From: Eledone cirrhosa
Lineage: Eukaryota
Direction: 5' to 3'
DNA length: 64,000 bases
Assembly (NCBI GenBank): GCA_964016885.1
Contig: OZ024743.1
Coordinates: forward strand, 5,022,001 to 5,086,000
The position numbers and the translations under genes are program-made. The notes under the pieces are model-generated. The model saw only the letters and a program-made list of their open reading frames with translations, was not told the DNA's origin and did no database searches. This document shows, piece after piece, positions 61,670 through 64,000 of this stretch. Positions within the stretch are counted from its first letter, which is position 1. Each line of letters opens with the position of its first letter.

Positions 61670-64000
61670 GACGAAAGTGGATGTACGTTTTTTGAAGCTC
61701 CGTGAGTAAGCAATTTTTGAGGATTAATTGTAGAGAATTGTTTATTTTTTGTACCGCTGAAGCATTATAAGACATTAATTTGTATCCTGTGAAGGAATAA
61801 CTCATAATATTTGGGCCTTTTGGCCCAAATATTTGAACTTTATTTTGAAAAAAAAATAATAATTTTTTTCTCAAAAAAACATGGCGGAGCCACGCCCCCT
61901 AGAGGCGGGTCTGCTGTCGTGCAACGGCGACTTGAGCGTTGAGAGGAGAGGTGAGGCGAGGAGCGCCACCAGCACGAATGTGAGCAGCGACAGTGCCAGC
62001 ACCAACGGGCCGAGCGGCGCGGAAGGTGGTAACAGCGACAACACCAACACCAACAAGCCGAACAGCGCAGAAGGTGGTAATAGCGAGAGCACCAACAAAA
62101 CGAACAGCACAAAGAGTAATAGTAGCGACAGCAACAGCACCAACAAGGCCAACAACACAGAGGGTAACCACGACACAGGGGAGAACAACAACAGCAATAG
62201 CAGCAGCAAAACCAACAAGAACAACAACAGTGACAACACCAACAAGAACACCTTCGCTGCTGTGGCAGCGGCTAAAAGGAGACCATGCTACAGCATCGAC
62301 TTAACCAACAGAGAGGAAAAGTTGGCCCAGGCCTGGAAAATCATAAATCAAGAGCAGACCTGGGCAAACTTAACTGTCCCGGCAGAAGCCATTGAGGCAG
62401 TGGAAAAAAGAACGGTGCATTTCAGATGCATCTCAGTAGAAACAAAGAGGGCAGCGATAATCGCCCAAGCTGATATAGAAGCCGCACTGAAATACATCAG
62501 AGAGGACACAGACTTCATAGAGAGGGGCAGGCAATACGGCACCGTTTCGGTGCTGTTCAAGTCTGAAGCCCTCGCTGTGAAGCATTCAATGACCCCTTGC
62601 AAAACCAGCAAGGTTATAATGTACCCCTCCCACATGGGAAAACGAATAGCACGTGTGCGCATTCCCAGGATTCCACCAGGACTTGATATGTGGTGGCTCC
62701 TGGGTTGCGTAATCGTGGAAGGAACGGATACAGTCCCGGTAGAGGCAACGAGAACTGCCAGGGACGACTGGTCCGGGGTTGATCTGGAGATACTGCTCCA
62801 AATCAGACCCGAAAACGTAAAAGCAATCCCGGACCACATCCGCCTCCAAAACGGGAGGGTGTTGCATATAATGACTGAGGGCAAAAGGCCGCATTGTTTC
62901 CTTTGTGGGGAAACGACACACTTGCGAGCCTTCTGCCCTCAACTGCCGAAAAGCGCAAGGGGTCGAAAGATTCCACTGCTGGCGACGCCGGGACAAGGAC
63001 CACCAGCAACACCGTCAACAATGGAACCACCAAAATTGCACACCCAGGGGGGAAACGAGGAAAGCTCTCCCATTCCCCCTCCCCCCCCCAAAATACACAC
63101 ACGAACAAGAACATAAACACTCACTCAGACACAAACACGCTCACAGCCACAGACCCCTCATCCTCCAGCAGTGAAGATGAGGGAAAACCAAAGTCCCCCA
63201 AAATACAAAAAACAAAACACAAAAAAAAAAGAAATCCACAAAGCACAAACACCCCCACAAAAGAAAATACACACACCACCCACACAAACATTTTCCCCAC
63301 AGCATCACCAACACAACCACCAAAATCCCCCAAACGCAAACAAGCTAGACAGACACAAGAACAAATAGACACACAAACATCAGAAACTACAGACACCCCA
63401 CCCACAACAAACGCAGACACAATAGAAACAACACTAACAAAGCTATCACCACCACAATCACACGAACAAATAAAACCCGAGCAACAAAACATTAAAAACT
63501 TCGTGCTTGCCAGAAGGGCCAACAAGGAATTGATGGCCCATGTAGCACGAAGCACAAACATCGAAAAAGACGGGGAAACATTTGAAGCGAGCACATTTCG
63601 CGTACCAGATAATTTGCTTCTGATGCGAATGTCGCTCGCTTCATACAAAGAAATTCGAAAGAGCTTTCCTCGGGATGTGGGAACCCCGAACGTAAAACCC
63701 ACGTCAAGACTATTAAAGGGGTTCCCAAAAGAAACCCCACAAACCATGGAGGTCGAACCACCCGACCTTCACAAGACCCCGGAAGGTAAGTAAACCTTTC
63801 CTCTCCCATTCATCCTGCCAGCATGGCCATAAGAGTAGGAAGTTTAAATGTTCGTGGCCTGGGGTCGCCCTGGAAGCAAGGTCACTTGCTCAACGACCTC
63901 AGGTCACTAGGAATGGATGTAATTGCCATCAGCGAGACCAGAATTTCCGACACACGCGCACTGGCGCCGATTTTCGACGATTATCAGATCTTTGCATCTG
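61670..64000 (+). mobile_element. Second young Tx1/L1 copy with complete 5' end (runs off window)
   Basis: Near-identical to 21944-24273; preceded by (ATT)5; ORF2 start at 63823. Confidence 0.95.
61881..63793 (+). CDS. LINE ORF1, frameshifted in a poly-C run at ~63081-63089
   Basis: 411-aa and 299-aa ORFs together reconstruct the 636-aa ORF1; shift lies in a homopolymer (possible sequencing error). Confidence 0.75.

Overview
AT-rich, microsatellite-saturated animal DNA. The SINE and repeat content resembles an octopus/cephalopod genome (inference). No host protein-coding gene can be supported. The window holds one intact full-length two-ORF L1/Tx1-clade LINE (21944-27790). It sits in the (ATT)n tail of an older truncated copy (18482-21943), and a near-identical third copy starts at 61670. 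There are also several LINE remnants (Tx1, RTE, two RLE-type), about 20 copies of a tRNA-derived SINE, and hAT, mariner and Helitron derivatives. A 47 x 42-bp tandem array lies inside a hAT element. Two hidden layers stand out. (1) At least 9 minimal type-I hammerhead-ribozyme motifs (5 sequence families) plus degenerate ones, each with a palindromic stem III. They lie in or next to (TA)n-anchored long inverted repeats, the signature of Penelope-like element pLTRs, yet no PLE ORF is visible. (2) An apparent (ATT)n-tailed, (ATT)n-targeting Tx1 LINE whose 3' end and target preference are shared by the dominant SINE. All structures were paired by eye; nothing was computed or searched.
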